From the IMG/VR virus record IMGVR_UViG_3300025103_000082, positions 1 through 33,610 of that record: a DNA stretch of 33,610 bases; one strand, 5' to 3'. This DNA is from a virus (lineage: Duplodnaviria; Caudoviricetes). The notes under the pieces are model-generated. The model searched no databases, was not told the DNA's origin, and saw nothing but the letters and a program-made list of their open reading frames with translations. Positions 19,301 to 26,801 of this stretch are shown here, piece after piece. The stretch's first letter is position 1; each line of letters opens with the position of its first letter. The position numbers and the translations under genes are program-made.

Positions 19301-22039
19301 TTAATGAGGAAAGAGATATTATTACTTGAGAGGAGAGGCTCGTTTAAGGATGTACATGGTAATGTTATCTCTGGTAGGATAATGAAACCAACTGGAGTTA
19401 TGGAGGTCATACAGGACTATATTCACAAAGGGCAAGAATGGAGTATTGCTGGTTCAGAAGAAGAGAAAATAGCCATTAGAAAAGAGTTATCTCAGTACCT
19501 GAATCTGGATAGGGGGTATGACCTTCACGAGATTGCTATTGCTTTTAGAGAAATGGAAGTTCCTAATAGGTGGAAGGAACAATATGAGACTCAAGATAAT
19601 GGTATGTATCTCTTTATGAAGGAGTCTTATGATAAAGCTTATAGACATATACCAAAGAAACACGGTTGGGATTTACTCAAAGACCAATCATTTTTAGTAA
19701 AGAAGCCTAATGCTGAAGTTATTAATATGACTGGTCGAGAGATTGTTGACTCTATTAACGAGGTTTACACTAAGAAGAATGCAGAATCACACGAGTGGCT
19801 TGTTGGAAAGCCTGAAGCTTTAGAACCTTATAAGAATCTTAGAGTAAACAAAAAGACTGGTGAAGAATTAAATGATTTTGAATATTATAATGCTATTAAG
19901 AAAAAGTTTCTTAAGGACATTGTTCAGACAATAAATGAAGGTAAACGATTCAAAATGGATTTAGGTATTGATGGCTTAAGATGGATTGCTCGTCGAGTGA
20001 TGATTAGTCAAATACCAGCAGAATTCCAGAAAGAACGTACTGAAATTATGAAGAACTTACCAAGAGATAATGAAGCTACTGGACAGTATGATTTTGATAT
20101 ATATTTCCCGCATTTAAACTTTAATAGGAAAGCGGCCGCAAAACAAATGGAAGTTGGGATGGACTTCATTCTTAATAACAAGAGTATGAGCAAAGAAGAG
20201 AAAGATATTGAAATTAGAAAAATCCTAATCCACCACAATCAAATGACTGGTGACTATATGGCTATGGATACTTTCGGTGAGCACTTTGACCAAGTACAAA
20301 ACATAGTCCAAGATTTGGTGCAAAAACGTAAGATGTCTGAGGGTAGAATAACTTGGTTTCATAATAAAAAAATGGGTAATCAATTTAGTCGTAAGGCTCA
20401 TATTGATGGTTGGGATAGGAGTCCTGAAGCTTACGAAACATATATCAAGAATATACACGATACATACTACCGCCTTGCTTCACAGATTATAACAAAGGAT
20501 GCTATTGTAGGATGGTCTTACAACCAGTGGGTAAAAGCTGGTGGTAAACCAGCAAAATCTGAACCTAGTAAGGAAAAAAGAGGAGCAGATGTTTCTTCTA
20601 AAGATTTAGACCTTATTAATTCTTGGAGAACATTCTTCAACTTGTATACTCAAGGTGCTATGGGCTATCCAACTAAGATTCCAGAATCAGTTATGAAAAA
20701 TCCTAATATGAAATTAAAAGGCAGTATGTATGCTTTTACTGCTGACTCAGAGGTTACTAAGAAAATGAACAGTATAGCCAATAAACTTGGTATTTCTAAA
20801 AGTAAGATGCAGGAAACATTCCCTGAAATGGGTGGCCCTTACGATATGAGTACTATAGCTAGGCTAAGTAATATGGAAGCAAAATATGCGCTGGCCTCTC
20901 TCCTTGCTCATCCCAAGAGTGCAATAGCCAATCTATATGGCGGGTCAGTGCATACTCTTATTAATACTGGTTACGGCAATTTTAAAAAAGCTCGTGATAT
21001 TAATTATCTAAAATCCCACGTTAATCCTAAGTGGGAAACGATGGCAGATGTAGAGGCATTTGTTAGGTCACAGGGCGTAATTGAAGAGTTCCTTTTATAT
21101 GAAGCATCAATGAATCCTGAATTAAAGGGGAAAAAATGGGGCAAGTTTATGCAGGATGCTGTAGCTAAAATTAGAAAAGACCCCAATATGAAAGATGAGG
21201 ATTTATCAACCCTTGCTCAATCACACGGAATAACAGAAGCAGTTTTAAACAAAGCGGCGTGGTTTATGCGAGAACCTGAGCGTATTTTGAGAAGAGATGC
21301 GTTTATGGCTCATTATATCCAAGCAAAAGAGAAATTTGGTGGTGCTATTAAGCAATTTGACCATCCGATACTTATGGAAATGGCTAAAAAGGGCGTAAAA
21401 GCGACTCAATTTCTGTATTCTGCTCCATTTAGACCTATGTTTGCCGCTACTTCCCTTGGTAAAATGATGACAAGGTTCCAATTATGGGCTTGGAACGCTG
21501 TTAGATTTAGAAAAGATGTTATAAATGAAGCTCATTACAGAGGTTGGCAGGAAGGAACTCCTGAATTTGAGAGATTTCAGAGGTTAGCTACTGCTGATTT
21601 GCTTATGTTGGGCTTAAGTAATGTATTTATGTACTCTCTTTTTGAAAGTGCCTTACCAGCTCCTTGGAATTACTTACAGGATACAGCTGATTGGTTACTT
21701 GGTGATGAAAAAGAGCGAGACAGGGCTTTCTTTGGTGCTTGGCCTTCACAAGTTGCGCCTTTACAGTTAGTAACTCCACCTTCATTAAGATTGCTCCCGT
21801 CTCTATTTAAGGGTATGGTAACAGACGATTATAGCAAGTTAGCTGATTATACAATGTGGACTATGTTCCCCTTTGGTAGAATAGCTAGAGATGTAGCTGG
21901 CCCCGGTGGAATGATGGAAAACCCAATGAGGTCAGTTGAGAAAATGACGGGTTTACCATATATGCAATTCTCTAGACAGGTAACTAAGCATAAGGATGAT
22001 GAAATGCTTGGGCCAAAAGGTATATCAGGAGCGTTTTAA
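13340..22039 (+). CDS. Giant virion protein with a single-chain two-barrel (DPBB) RNA polymerase: probable virion RNAP
   Basis: Catalytic GGADLDGD (DxDGD at nt 17081-17095, D1248) preceded by VQRTP (RxP). Upstream second-barrel motifs TDGAIY, HKSF, LLGKY, PKSAAK and LPKQMLSNL. Ejection-protein-like N-terminus; C-terminus (KATQFLYS...TRFQLWAW) typical of large internal virion proteins. Confidence 0.85.
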   Translation: MPETYYPKEHKEEFDPNAGFEPSIDYRLTEQLVTYYNQFPDQFDEEKLNKVALHAQHYNIPFAHNKADNDISVKRIVQQAASGFGEGFTTLKMGEDPTNEWEAIARNVGHLAGFVGWVPIPNAVGKASRLAAAAKAIKGRSIPMIGANWLTKEASRIARGAKAEATLLRGNATKDAMSTIGKAGPLVDDIVEGAFHLGTASAISAWQGGIDEMMTAFIHGAETGAVFRGIGNFIKTGDPQGDKLLRTVSASVYSGLPSTMAGATTPEQVYQYLLGAYFGFKEMPYTTRNAQKFVAARFKDGTIGEPVEGHPEFGKLDSKSQKAAVELADKVRGQVDEIGRPITANIIMNQLLQDLPGMPLKERQSIANKILEKGVTIDQYGELIKTVELPVDERVQKGQQDDADIGSAHGVHLKIDNFVTRNMEKIWSKGDTPNKERVKTIVDVDTQWKKILGKAQRGEDDSPEASMIKFLQKKYGVAPKDEADRWWRQYAIRALKEKPVTMLTAKAYAKKGSQHWEVLPQGGSNAAGNRKLLKEEPKLLDKIYNEAFLRKHGRDSEAPTYAVMDSFTGITNNRMKELSLLEMEEFYYRNELQPAINAAKSAGLPYLQGVEMARSKARDMTDKFHARNFYSLHNKQDMYYYGGKGDAERMYFVQYHPDTPKIAHQTGIKEVRDAWAQAQYEGQKKGQKKRTVQSFKNQFTKELNAERDEYIKTYSPHMRADMRSDRTAKTMFNRGYLSNVLYELELNGFSNDLVSGNIKSIFGEGMINSSKAYNKRAQVWFTTGFSGDNRKIEKDITDLDNGNFRFRLFNEKDTKKFTKDTPATEMIQGTDGAIYGRSDVIDSQNRDWGMPTEGGAHKSFIVSNSQRGLGALLGKYAVFSATPEMEAYMKENNLHFMVPKSAAKQYGTRKFGEIVRKGGKISVEGGEVYHMKPNEMKGVLSEKFDSHSMQWQRLPKQMLSNLTPYAWQNIKPEQIDDIYNDLSRKSFNGDAETNAQLKMLEKNPKNEAFEAAVLNNLEGVGVKELLAVMKKPGMESFATKVYRKIQRMDLETDAERALNEGEITKEEYDALKGDKQELNVVHEKIQELVGDSLAGLMHKYVTPYRQTVMRNFVVNQIVRPVVKNSFSARMRPYEMGLRYQRKAGHNTSLLEKRDDIFFLDDGYKDMRVFSESWDGYRRLEDVWTDYNKGRFSGKVKKQVENTLSAIVQRTPMDSLSGAHKLQFKGFTGVRGFGTLLHPRTMEALGGADLDGDKAFGFFGGRSEDGTSGEGFKQSWMDMYGSQKEEFYKKDGTVAHQKTEIDPLTGKQYKDMLAFTDEDTLNKINSSVLKLSPHRRMKASFGAAGGRKQLGPAVVNKAVLSSAYAAIRASESGEFSYLKQFSGKYAGLYKIVLTPKTDSKSMESFRGITRASIALGSDPMDEAGLRGREVFFMEAAKRAFNFEVRFMGKKGGVHKKLTKQMNNNEFMMRQGLIRSLSRVNSVLFGRNIPEGRRWLPEEIQQEIEFANESFAGTPHNSLLPKLADTLRGVDMGDSIFKRIKFEEYKALYAEHDLLAQEMKPLRDAMGRSSMRTPMNAYLDIIFKNKLFTQEGFDAQLDPNHKGYKKKLFSGKAFNGYTKARRRKLDPENNVEHRAEIIRDIMLKGERFITDDISDFVSLRLIKKYTEGMSDAQIKKVWDYVDQVKKQSYLYARQRKMPLEPILSGLSESEANYIKEMELQFAPEKLSSAQDQIKTDIKIKLHKATLTPEEANLYDALMLGTFSRGNRHEVQKMIEGYKGNKWSQGFKEQINSLEEMSANTSLSKLGIISESVKDSMKKEFFKNYQEIFDKSIDVVSESEKARVKEEASEAKAPTELFDPKTGERTKGNPLEASDYDAVTQKYLDEVAPFEGLYEGKLNKEHRQLYNSLKEKLDVAFPNIVGRDLNGFMRERFGKDINKVDLSELKALDRWLEDTLTGTWYQKLFNKVKRGIPELTKWHYMMFPEAVNRDLMRKEILLLERRGSFKDVHGNVISGRIMKPTGVMEVIQDYIHKGQEWSIAGSEEEKIAIRKELSQYLNLDRGYDLHEIAIAFREMEVPNRWKEQYETQDNGMYLFMKESYDKAYRHIPKKHGWDLLKDQSFLVKKPNAEVINMTGREIVDSINEVYTKKNAESHEWLVGKPEALEPYKNLRVNKKTGEELNDFEYYNAIKKKFLKDIVQTINEGKRFKMDLGIDGLRWIARRVMISQIPAEFQKERTEIMKNLPRDNEATGQYDFDIYFPHLNFNRKAAAKQMEVGMDFILNNKSMSKEEKDIEIRKILIHHNQMTGDYMAMDTFGEHFDQVQNIVQDLVQKRKMSEGRITWFHNKKMGNQFSRKAHIDGWDRSPEAYETYIKNIHDTYYRLASQIITKDAIVGWSYNQWVKAGGKPAKSEPSKEKRGADVSSKDLDLINSWRTFFNLYTQGAMGYPTKIPESVMKNPNMKLKGSMYAFTADSEVTKKMNSIANKLGISKSKMQETFPEMGGPYDMSTIARLSNMEAKYALASLLAHPKSAIANLYGGSVHTLINTGYGNFKKARDINYLKSHVNPKWETMADVEAFVRSQGVIEEFLLYEASMNPELKGKKWGKFMQDAVAKIRKDPNMKDEDLSTLAQSHGITEAVLNKAAWFMREPERILRRDAFMAHYIQAKEKFGGAIKQFDHPILMEMAKKGVKATQFLYSAPFRPMFAATSLGKMMTRFQLWAWNAVRFRKDVINEAHYRGWQEGTPEFERFQRLATADLLMLGLSNVFMYSLFESALPAPWNYLQDTADWLLGDEKERDRAFFGAWPSQVAPLQLVTPPSLRLLPSLFKGMVTDDYSKLADYTMWTMFPFGRIARDVAGPGGMMENPMRSVEKMTGLPYMQFSRQVTKHKDDEMLGPKGISGAF

Positions 22040-24426
22040 TGAATATATTAGGATTAATGTCAGGTATGTTGAAAGCTAAAGGTGGGTTAAGAACAATCGA
22101 ACAATATGCTGATATAGCAGGTACAACAGAACAATTAAGAAAAAATATACACAAAGCATACGCTACAACCTTGGCTAATAAAGGCGTAGATATAAGGCTA
22201 GTATCTAACTCATATGGTTCAGATATGCCTTCAGAGGGTCTGGAAGCCTTAATGAAGTACGAGAAAGAAATAATGAATGAACTAGGTGGGCGAGTTGGTA
22301 TTGAAAGATTGCATAAAATGGTAGGGCCAGATTTTCAAGATAAATTTAATGAAATGTTGCATTTACAAATTGAAGATATTAAAAATATTCCAGATGCGGA
22401 TTTAAGAAGTAACCCGGAGAGTGTATTGCAACAAATAACAGGACAACATAGAGAACAAATTCGTGGCTGGGGAGAACAGATGTTTGTTCCCGGTCAAAAG
22501 GTTAATGGTGTTGAAGTAAAAGACTGGGATACTTTCCGTAGGTGGAATAGAAATGATTCTATTCGAATGAAAAAAGCTGAAATCTTAGAGATAAAGGACA
22601 GTGGTGGGCATTTAACAGATGGGAATAGACAAGAATGGGCTGACCTCCCAGATATGGAATTTGAAATAGGCGAAAAAATAAGGAATATTGATTTACCTCA
22701 TTACGATAAACAATTAAAAAGTTTTGCTACATTTACAAATCCTAAAACTGGCGCAAGGTACAGAGTAGAAATGAAGAATAGGGGCAGTAGAGATTATACA
22801 GCCGCTGAAAAAGGGAGTGGAGGCTGGGATAGCGTAGACCACGCCTATATTAATCCTAAGACTAATGAAATTGTTGAATGGAGACCGGGGCCAGACAAGA
22901 ATCCTAGAAAGGTACTAAAGATGGACAATAATGGTGACCCTATTTATGGAGAGAGAATTGAGGGTGTATCAAAAAAGGATGTGTTTGTACCCCTTAGAGG
23001 TACTCCAACAAGCCTTCCAGAAGCACACTTAAAAGGGTTAAAGAAGCTTCCAGATGATTTGAGAGCAGAAGCGGAAGGCATACAGGAAGCTGGTAAAAAA
23101 CGACGTAGTCGTAATATTGCAGGAACAAGAGTAGGTCAACCGCCATCTTCAATATCAATAGGGGTGGGAATTAAACCTATGGAAGATATGGCACGATGGG
23201 AAGCGGCAACGGAAGCTGAAATAATTAAGAAGCTTGTTGATAAATACGGACTCCCTGATGATTCTCCTCCTAGACTTGGTTTCAATAAAAAATCTGACGA
23301 TATGGACTACGTTAACTGGTTTAAAAATAAATTTACATCGGATGAAGTGACAGATTTAGCACCACAGGGTATAAATTTAGTTCAAGTTCACGATGAATTT
23401 ATAGACACATTATCAAAAGCTTTAAAGAGTAGGTCTTCGAAAGAAGCTACGGATATGATGAATATAGCTAAAGATTTTGGAACAAGAGGAATACAGACTA
23501 GCGATAATATGAGTTCAAAATCCGCTTATGCTCTGTCAGTTCAATCTAGAGCAGATAATGCTGTTACTGGCGAAGTTGGAAGTAGGGCGTATAGAAAAAG
23601 ACAAGCAATAAGGGATGCAGGAGGGGTTCCGGGTGAAGTATCAGTACATCAGGATACATTCCAAATGATGAATACCATAGATAGAACTCACGCCTCAGGC
23701 CCACTTTCAGGATTGCAAGATTATAGAAATATTAATAGTAACGAATATGGAAATCTAAATGCTATTTGGGCTAATCAAAGTAAAGGGAGTATGGACTTTA
23801 CAGTTGAGCTAGACCCTATCCATTACATTGGTAAGAATAATGTGATTTTAAATGCTAGTGAGGATGTTAAAAATCTTCCAACAGTAGATAAAGGAGCTAG
23901 AAGAATTATAACTGGCGGACTCTATGAAGGTGTGGGTATTCAAGGTCTTAGAAAACCAAGAGAAGCGGTTGACGAGGCCGTAAAGAAAATATCTGGCCCG
24001 TTTAAGCAACCTGTACCGCCAGAAGAATTGTTAAAACAAGCTGAAAAAATAGGTAAAAAAGAAGGACTTTTAAGAACAAGTACTGATGTGGTTGAAGCTG
24101 TAAGAGACTTCTTAACAGATACCAATTTGAAGAACTTAAAGAAGATAACTGGTAATGATACACCAGTACAATATGTGAAAAAGACACTTGCCCCTGCAAT
24201 TAAACGGGGAGAATCGGAATTACAAAAAGGGTTTGGAAAGGATTTTAAACTTGTTTTTAAAATAGAAGAAGTTCCAACTCACGATACTTCATATTTTAGT
24301 ATTAGAGTCTTTCACAGTAAAGTAGAGGTTGCTGGGTCACTATCTAAAGCTACTCTTGATAAGAAAATAATGGGAGCTTTACCAGCTTTGGAAGGTATCA
24401 GATGGGAATACGGAGGAGAAAAGTAG
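22039..24426 (+). CDS. Large hypothetical protein (795 aa), possibly virion-associated
   Basis: TAATG overlap and AGGAG RBS. Last gene of the + strand module; no motif recognised. Confidence 0.75.
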   Translation: MNILGLMSGMLKAKGGLRTIEQYADIAGTTEQLRKNIHKAYATTLANKGVDIRLVSNSYGSDMPSEGLEALMKYEKEIMNELGGRVGIERLHKMVGPDFQDKFNEMLHLQIEDIKNIPDADLRSNPESVLQQITGQHREQIRGWGEQMFVPGQKVNGVEVKDWDTFRRWNRNDSIRMKKAEILEIKDSGGHLTDGNRQEWADLPDMEFEIGEKIRNIDLPHYDKQLKSFATFTNPKTGARYRVEMKNRGSRDYTAAEKGSGGWDSVDHAYINPKTNEIVEWRPGPDKNPRKVLKMDNNGDPIYGERIEGVSKKDVFVPLRGTPTSLPEAHLKGLKKLPDDLRAEAEGIQEAGKKRRSRNIAGTRVGQPPSSISIGVGIKPMEDMARWEAATEAEIIKKLVDKYGLPDDSPPRLGFNKKSDDMDYVNWFKNKFTSDEVTDLAPQGINLVQVHDEFIDTLSKALKSRSSKEATDMMNIAKDFGTRGIQTSDNMSSKSAYALSVQSRADNAVTGEVGSRAYRKRQAIRDAGGVPGEVSVHQDTFQMMNTIDRTHASGPLSGLQDYRNINSNEYGNLNAIWANQSKGSMDFTVELDPIHYIGKNNVILNASEDVKNLPTVDKGARRIITGGLYEGVGIQGLRKPREAVDEAVKKISGPFKQPVPPEELLKQAEKIGKKEGLLRTSTDVVEAVRDFLTDTNLKNLKKITGNDTPVQYVKKTLAPAIKRGESELQKGFGKDFKLVFKIEEVPTHDTSYFSIRVFHSKVEVAGSLSKATLDKKIMGALPALEGIRWEYGGEK

Positions 24427-24445
24427 AGTTATTTACGTCAGTGAT

Positions 24446-24489
24446 AAAAAAAAAGAGTGAGAGCCCTACCGAAATAGAACTCTACACTC
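24446..24489 (-). terminator. Rho-independent terminator of the - strand module
   Basis: On the - strand: GAGTG-T-AGAG-TTCTA-T-TTCG-G-TAGGG-CTCT-CACTC followed by T9, i.e. a long stem with a UUCG loop and U-tract, 22 nt after the last - strand stop, between convergent genes. Confidence 0.85.
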
Positions 24490-24511
24490 TCCGAGTCGCA
24501 GTTTAAGGAGG

Positions 24512-24733
24512 TTACTTATTTACGACTCCGGGTAGGATAACATTCTCAAAATAAGGACAACCTTTATCAGCGATACAGGGCTTTTCAGCCAGTTCTTCGT
24601 TGACACATTGTCCTATAAAATATTTGTACCCGTCTTTTCTTTTTTGTTTGATATTCATCATAACCCCTAGACACTTGCTATTATTCCAATTAGCGCATTC
24701 TTTTTGTGCCTTATGGTATGCTCGACCCTTCAC
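24512..24733 (-). CDS. Small Cys-rich hypothetical protein
   Basis: GTG start after AAGGA; five Cys (CANW, KCLG, GQC, KPC, GCPYF). Last gene before the terminator. Confidence 0.65.
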   Translation of the reverse strand: MKGRAYHKAQKECANWNNSKCLGVMMNIKQKRKDGYKYFIGQCVNEELAEKPCIADKGCPYFENVILPGVVNK

Positions 24734-24920
24734 AGAATCCTTCTAACTCATCAGGTTCTACTTCAAATTCACATTCAAGACAAAATAGACCTAATTCTGA
24801 TATGTCTGATGAGCTTTCACCATTCTCAATATAAGTCATCATATTGTCTTCACATTCAGGACATTCATACTCTGATGAATCCCCACCTATTGGATTAGTA
24901 CCGTCATTGTATTCTTTCAT
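24711..24920 (-). CDS. Acidic zinc-ribbon protein
   Basis: CPEC...CLEC; very acidic; GGAGG upstream of the start. Confidence 0.7.
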   Translation of the reverse strand: MKEYNDGTNPIGGDSSEYECPECEDNMMTYIENGESSSDISELGLFCLECEFEVEPDELEGFCEGSSIP

Positions 24921-25101
24921 TTCTTTTACTTTCCTCCCGTATTCTACTAAAATACTCTTTTTCCCAGTTATCTAGCATAGCTGTTATTGTGTACACGACA
25001 TCTTGTTTAAAAATAGGTTCTTTTTTATAACAAGTATCACATACTCCACTTTCATTCATTGTGGGCTTATCACACGAGTGACACATAAATGGCGTAGGCA
25101 T
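24904..25101 (-). CDS. Small zinc-finger protein
   Basis: CHSC...CDTC at the N-terminus; overlaps the next gene. Confidence 0.65.
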   Translation of the reverse strand: MPTPFMCHSCDKPTMNESGVCDTCYKKEPIFKQDVVYTITAMLDNWEKEYFSRIREESKRNERIQ

Positions 25102-25112
25102 AATTAAATTAC

Positions 25113-25170
25113 GGGGGAGTTCTTCACTGCCAACCAGCGAATCAGACTTTCATATCCTTTTAACTCCCCC
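25113..25170. repeat. Perfect 9-bp inverted repeat enclosing 40 nt
   Basis: GGGGGAGTT (25113-25121) and AACTCCCCC (25162-25170) in the intergenic gap 25102-25183. Confidence 0.7.
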
Positions 25171-25183
25171 ATTTTATTTCCTT

Positions 25184-25459
25184 CTACTGTATACGCCAGA
25201 TGCGCATACCAAGTACCCCATTTTCTTTCCTTTTACGGGTAGAAAATTTGACACGCTTACCTTGCTCTTTTAAAAGCTTGGTATGTCTCCAAACTGCACT
25301 CGAGGCCGAAGCGGCCTTGATAACTTCCACAGGAAAGAAAACACTGTCCCCTACCTTCATATTCGCTAGAAAATGCCAGCGATTAGCCATCTTATTTTGG
25401 TGCGTCGTTCGTGGAGGTAAAGCCACGGATTTTTCGATTACTGGTATGAAATTTTTCAT
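25184..25459 (-). CDS. Small basic phage protein (putative DNA-binding)
   Basis: AAGGAG RBS. Pattern IEKSVALP...MKVGDSVFF...FSTR...GMRIWR is recognisable from a widespread small phage family of unknown function. Confidence 0.75.
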   Translation of the reverse strand: MKNFIPVIEKSVALPPRTTHQNKMANRWHFLANMKVGDSVFFPVEVIKAASASSAVWRHTKLLKEQGKRVKFSTRKRKENGVLGMRIWRIQ

Positions 25460-25471
25460 TTCAACTCCTTG

Positions 25472-25729
25472 TTAATCGTCACAGACTTCACAGGTTTGAT
25501 GTAAATGAGAAGGCATCTTTTCTATCTCGTCCACTTGAGACTTGCTATACTTTTCCCAACCTGCTTTATTGCGCAATTCTTTAGCTATATTTTCTGCAAT
25601 AACTTCACTACCATCTCCCAAATCTAACGGAATTTTAGCGTAGTAATCTAATGCTTTTAGCAATACAACTAACTCCTCATCTTGAAGAGTGTGCTTTGGT
25701 ATAAGTGGATTATTTTTTTGTTCTTGCAA
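25472..25729 (-). CDS. Hypothetical protein
   Basis: Start re-assigned to TTG 25729 (GGAG RBS) to avoid a long overlap with the upstream gene; ends CEVCDD. Confidence 0.6.
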   Translation of the reverse strand: MQEQKNNPLIPKHTLQDEELVVLLKALDYYAKIPLDLGDGSEVIAENIAKELRNKAGWEKYSKSQVDEIEKMPSHLHQTCEVCDD

Positions 25730-25931
25730 AATATCGTTCTCCACGATGATACCTACTTTTAAGCTGTTCCAACCTATTATAACCAGCTCCATACTTTTTT
25801 ATGGTTCCTTTCTTTAGACACTTTTCGTATAATTGAATACATCCTGCTATAGAAATAGCGTTAGATGTTAAATCTTTATACTCTCTTAATCTGTCAATAG
25901 TATCTCGCACTGCTGTTATAGGTTTTTCCAT
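25710..25931 (-). CDS. Hypothetical protein
   Basis: AAGGAG RBS, TAATG overlap, 73 aa. Confidence 0.7.
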   Translation of the reverse strand: MEKPITAVRDTIDRLREYKDLTSNAISIAGCIQLYEKCLKKGTIKKYGAGYNRLEQLKSRYHRGERYFARTKK

Positions 25932-26128
25932 TAGAAAATCTCCTTTCCAATTTCTTCCACCAACTCTGTCATCAATTCGAAATTTCTGTTTAACTTTTCT
26001 TCAATTCTAGCACATCTTATAATGATACTTATCATTAATAACAAGGTAAACAAAACATAAAGTTCCCAAGCTGGGAAATTTTCTGCTTCCAATACCGATT
26101 GCCATAGAAATTTAAAGTTTTCCATCAT
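25931..26128 (-). CDS. Small single-pass membrane protein
   Basis: TM segment LYVLFTLLLMISIIIR; ATGA and TAATG overlaps with its neighbours. Confidence 0.7.
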   Translation of the reverse strand: MMENFKFLWQSVLEAENFPAWELYVLFTLLLMISIIIRCARIEEKLNRNFELMTELVEEIGKEIF

Positions 26129-26319
26129 TCATTTTCCGGCTTAATACCTAAAGCAGACCCAACACTTTCTTCAGTACCATCTGTTTCTACTATATTCATA
26201 TCTGGGTTACAATTACATAAAGTTGCAATGCGACCTTTTTTTGTATTTGATTTACACCATTTATCGTGAAATATTTGCATTACACTTATAGTATTTGGTT
26301 TCAAATCTATTTTTTTCAT
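26125..26319 (-). CDS. Hypothetical protein (HxxxC...CxC possible metal site)
   Basis: GGAG RBS; abuts the upstream stop; HDKWC...CNCNPD. Confidence 0.65.
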   Translation of the reverse strand: MKKIDLKPNTISVMQIFHDKWCKSNTKKGRIATLCNCNPDMNIVETDGTEESVGSALGIKPENE

Positions 26320-26718
26320 TTATGATTCTCCCGATATAGGTTTAGCAATACTTTCAGCTCCTTTCGCTTGTATAAGGTCTGCTAATCTTGTTAAAAGATT
26401 TTCAGCTAAACCACTATACTCTTTATCCATATAAAAAGTGACTATTCCACAGTCATCTTCTTGTTTAAGTATTGTCCACAGATATCTTGTTTTTCCAGTT
26501 ACACTGGACATTATGAAATCACCATAGTGTTCTTTCCAATTCTTTTCAAATTGACTGTATAACCCGGAAGCTTCTAAACTTTCTAGACCTTTTAGATTTT
26601 CAGTAGTGATTTCAACTTCGAAATTGTTACCATCAGGTAAATCAACTGGTATCTTTTCAGTAAAATCAGGAACTATACTATGAAATTTCTTTAAATAATA
26701 CTCGTAATTATGAGTCAT
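26320..26718 (-). CDS. Hypothetical protein
   Basis: 132 aa; ATGA overlap with the upstream small ORF. Confidence 0.75.
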   Translation of the reverse strand: MTHNYEYYLKKFHSIVPDFTEKIPVDLPDGNNFEVEITTENLKGLESLEASGLYSQFEKNWKEHYGDFIMSSVTGKTRYLWTILKQEDDCGIVTFYMDKEYSGLAENLLTRLADLIQAKGAESIAKPISGES

Positions 26719-26801
26719 TCTTTATCTCTCAATCGACTGTTCCAGACAAGTAGTCCAAGAACAATAAAATTTGATATAAAGACAAATGTAAGTACATCCA
26801 T
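26715..26801 (-). CDS. 28-aa single-TM microprotein (absent from ORF track)
   Basis: Hand translation: MDVLTFVFISNFIVLGLLVWNSRLRDKE*. Strong AAGGAGG RBS, TAATG overlap upstream and ATGA overlap downstream. Confidence 0.75.
   Translation of the reverse strand: MDVLTFVFISNFIVLGLLVWNSRLRDKE

Noticed and set aside
13340-22039. Zincin (HExxH) protease or N4/T7-type RNAP motifs in the giant protein
   Set aside because: The HE dipeptides I checked lack the second His; the polymerase motifs are two-barrel type.
4945-24199. Antisense and alternate-frame ORFs within the large + strand genes (e.g. 12368..12808, 13528..13875)
   Set aside because: Fully nested in long coding genes, with no motifs and the composition expected of shadow frames.
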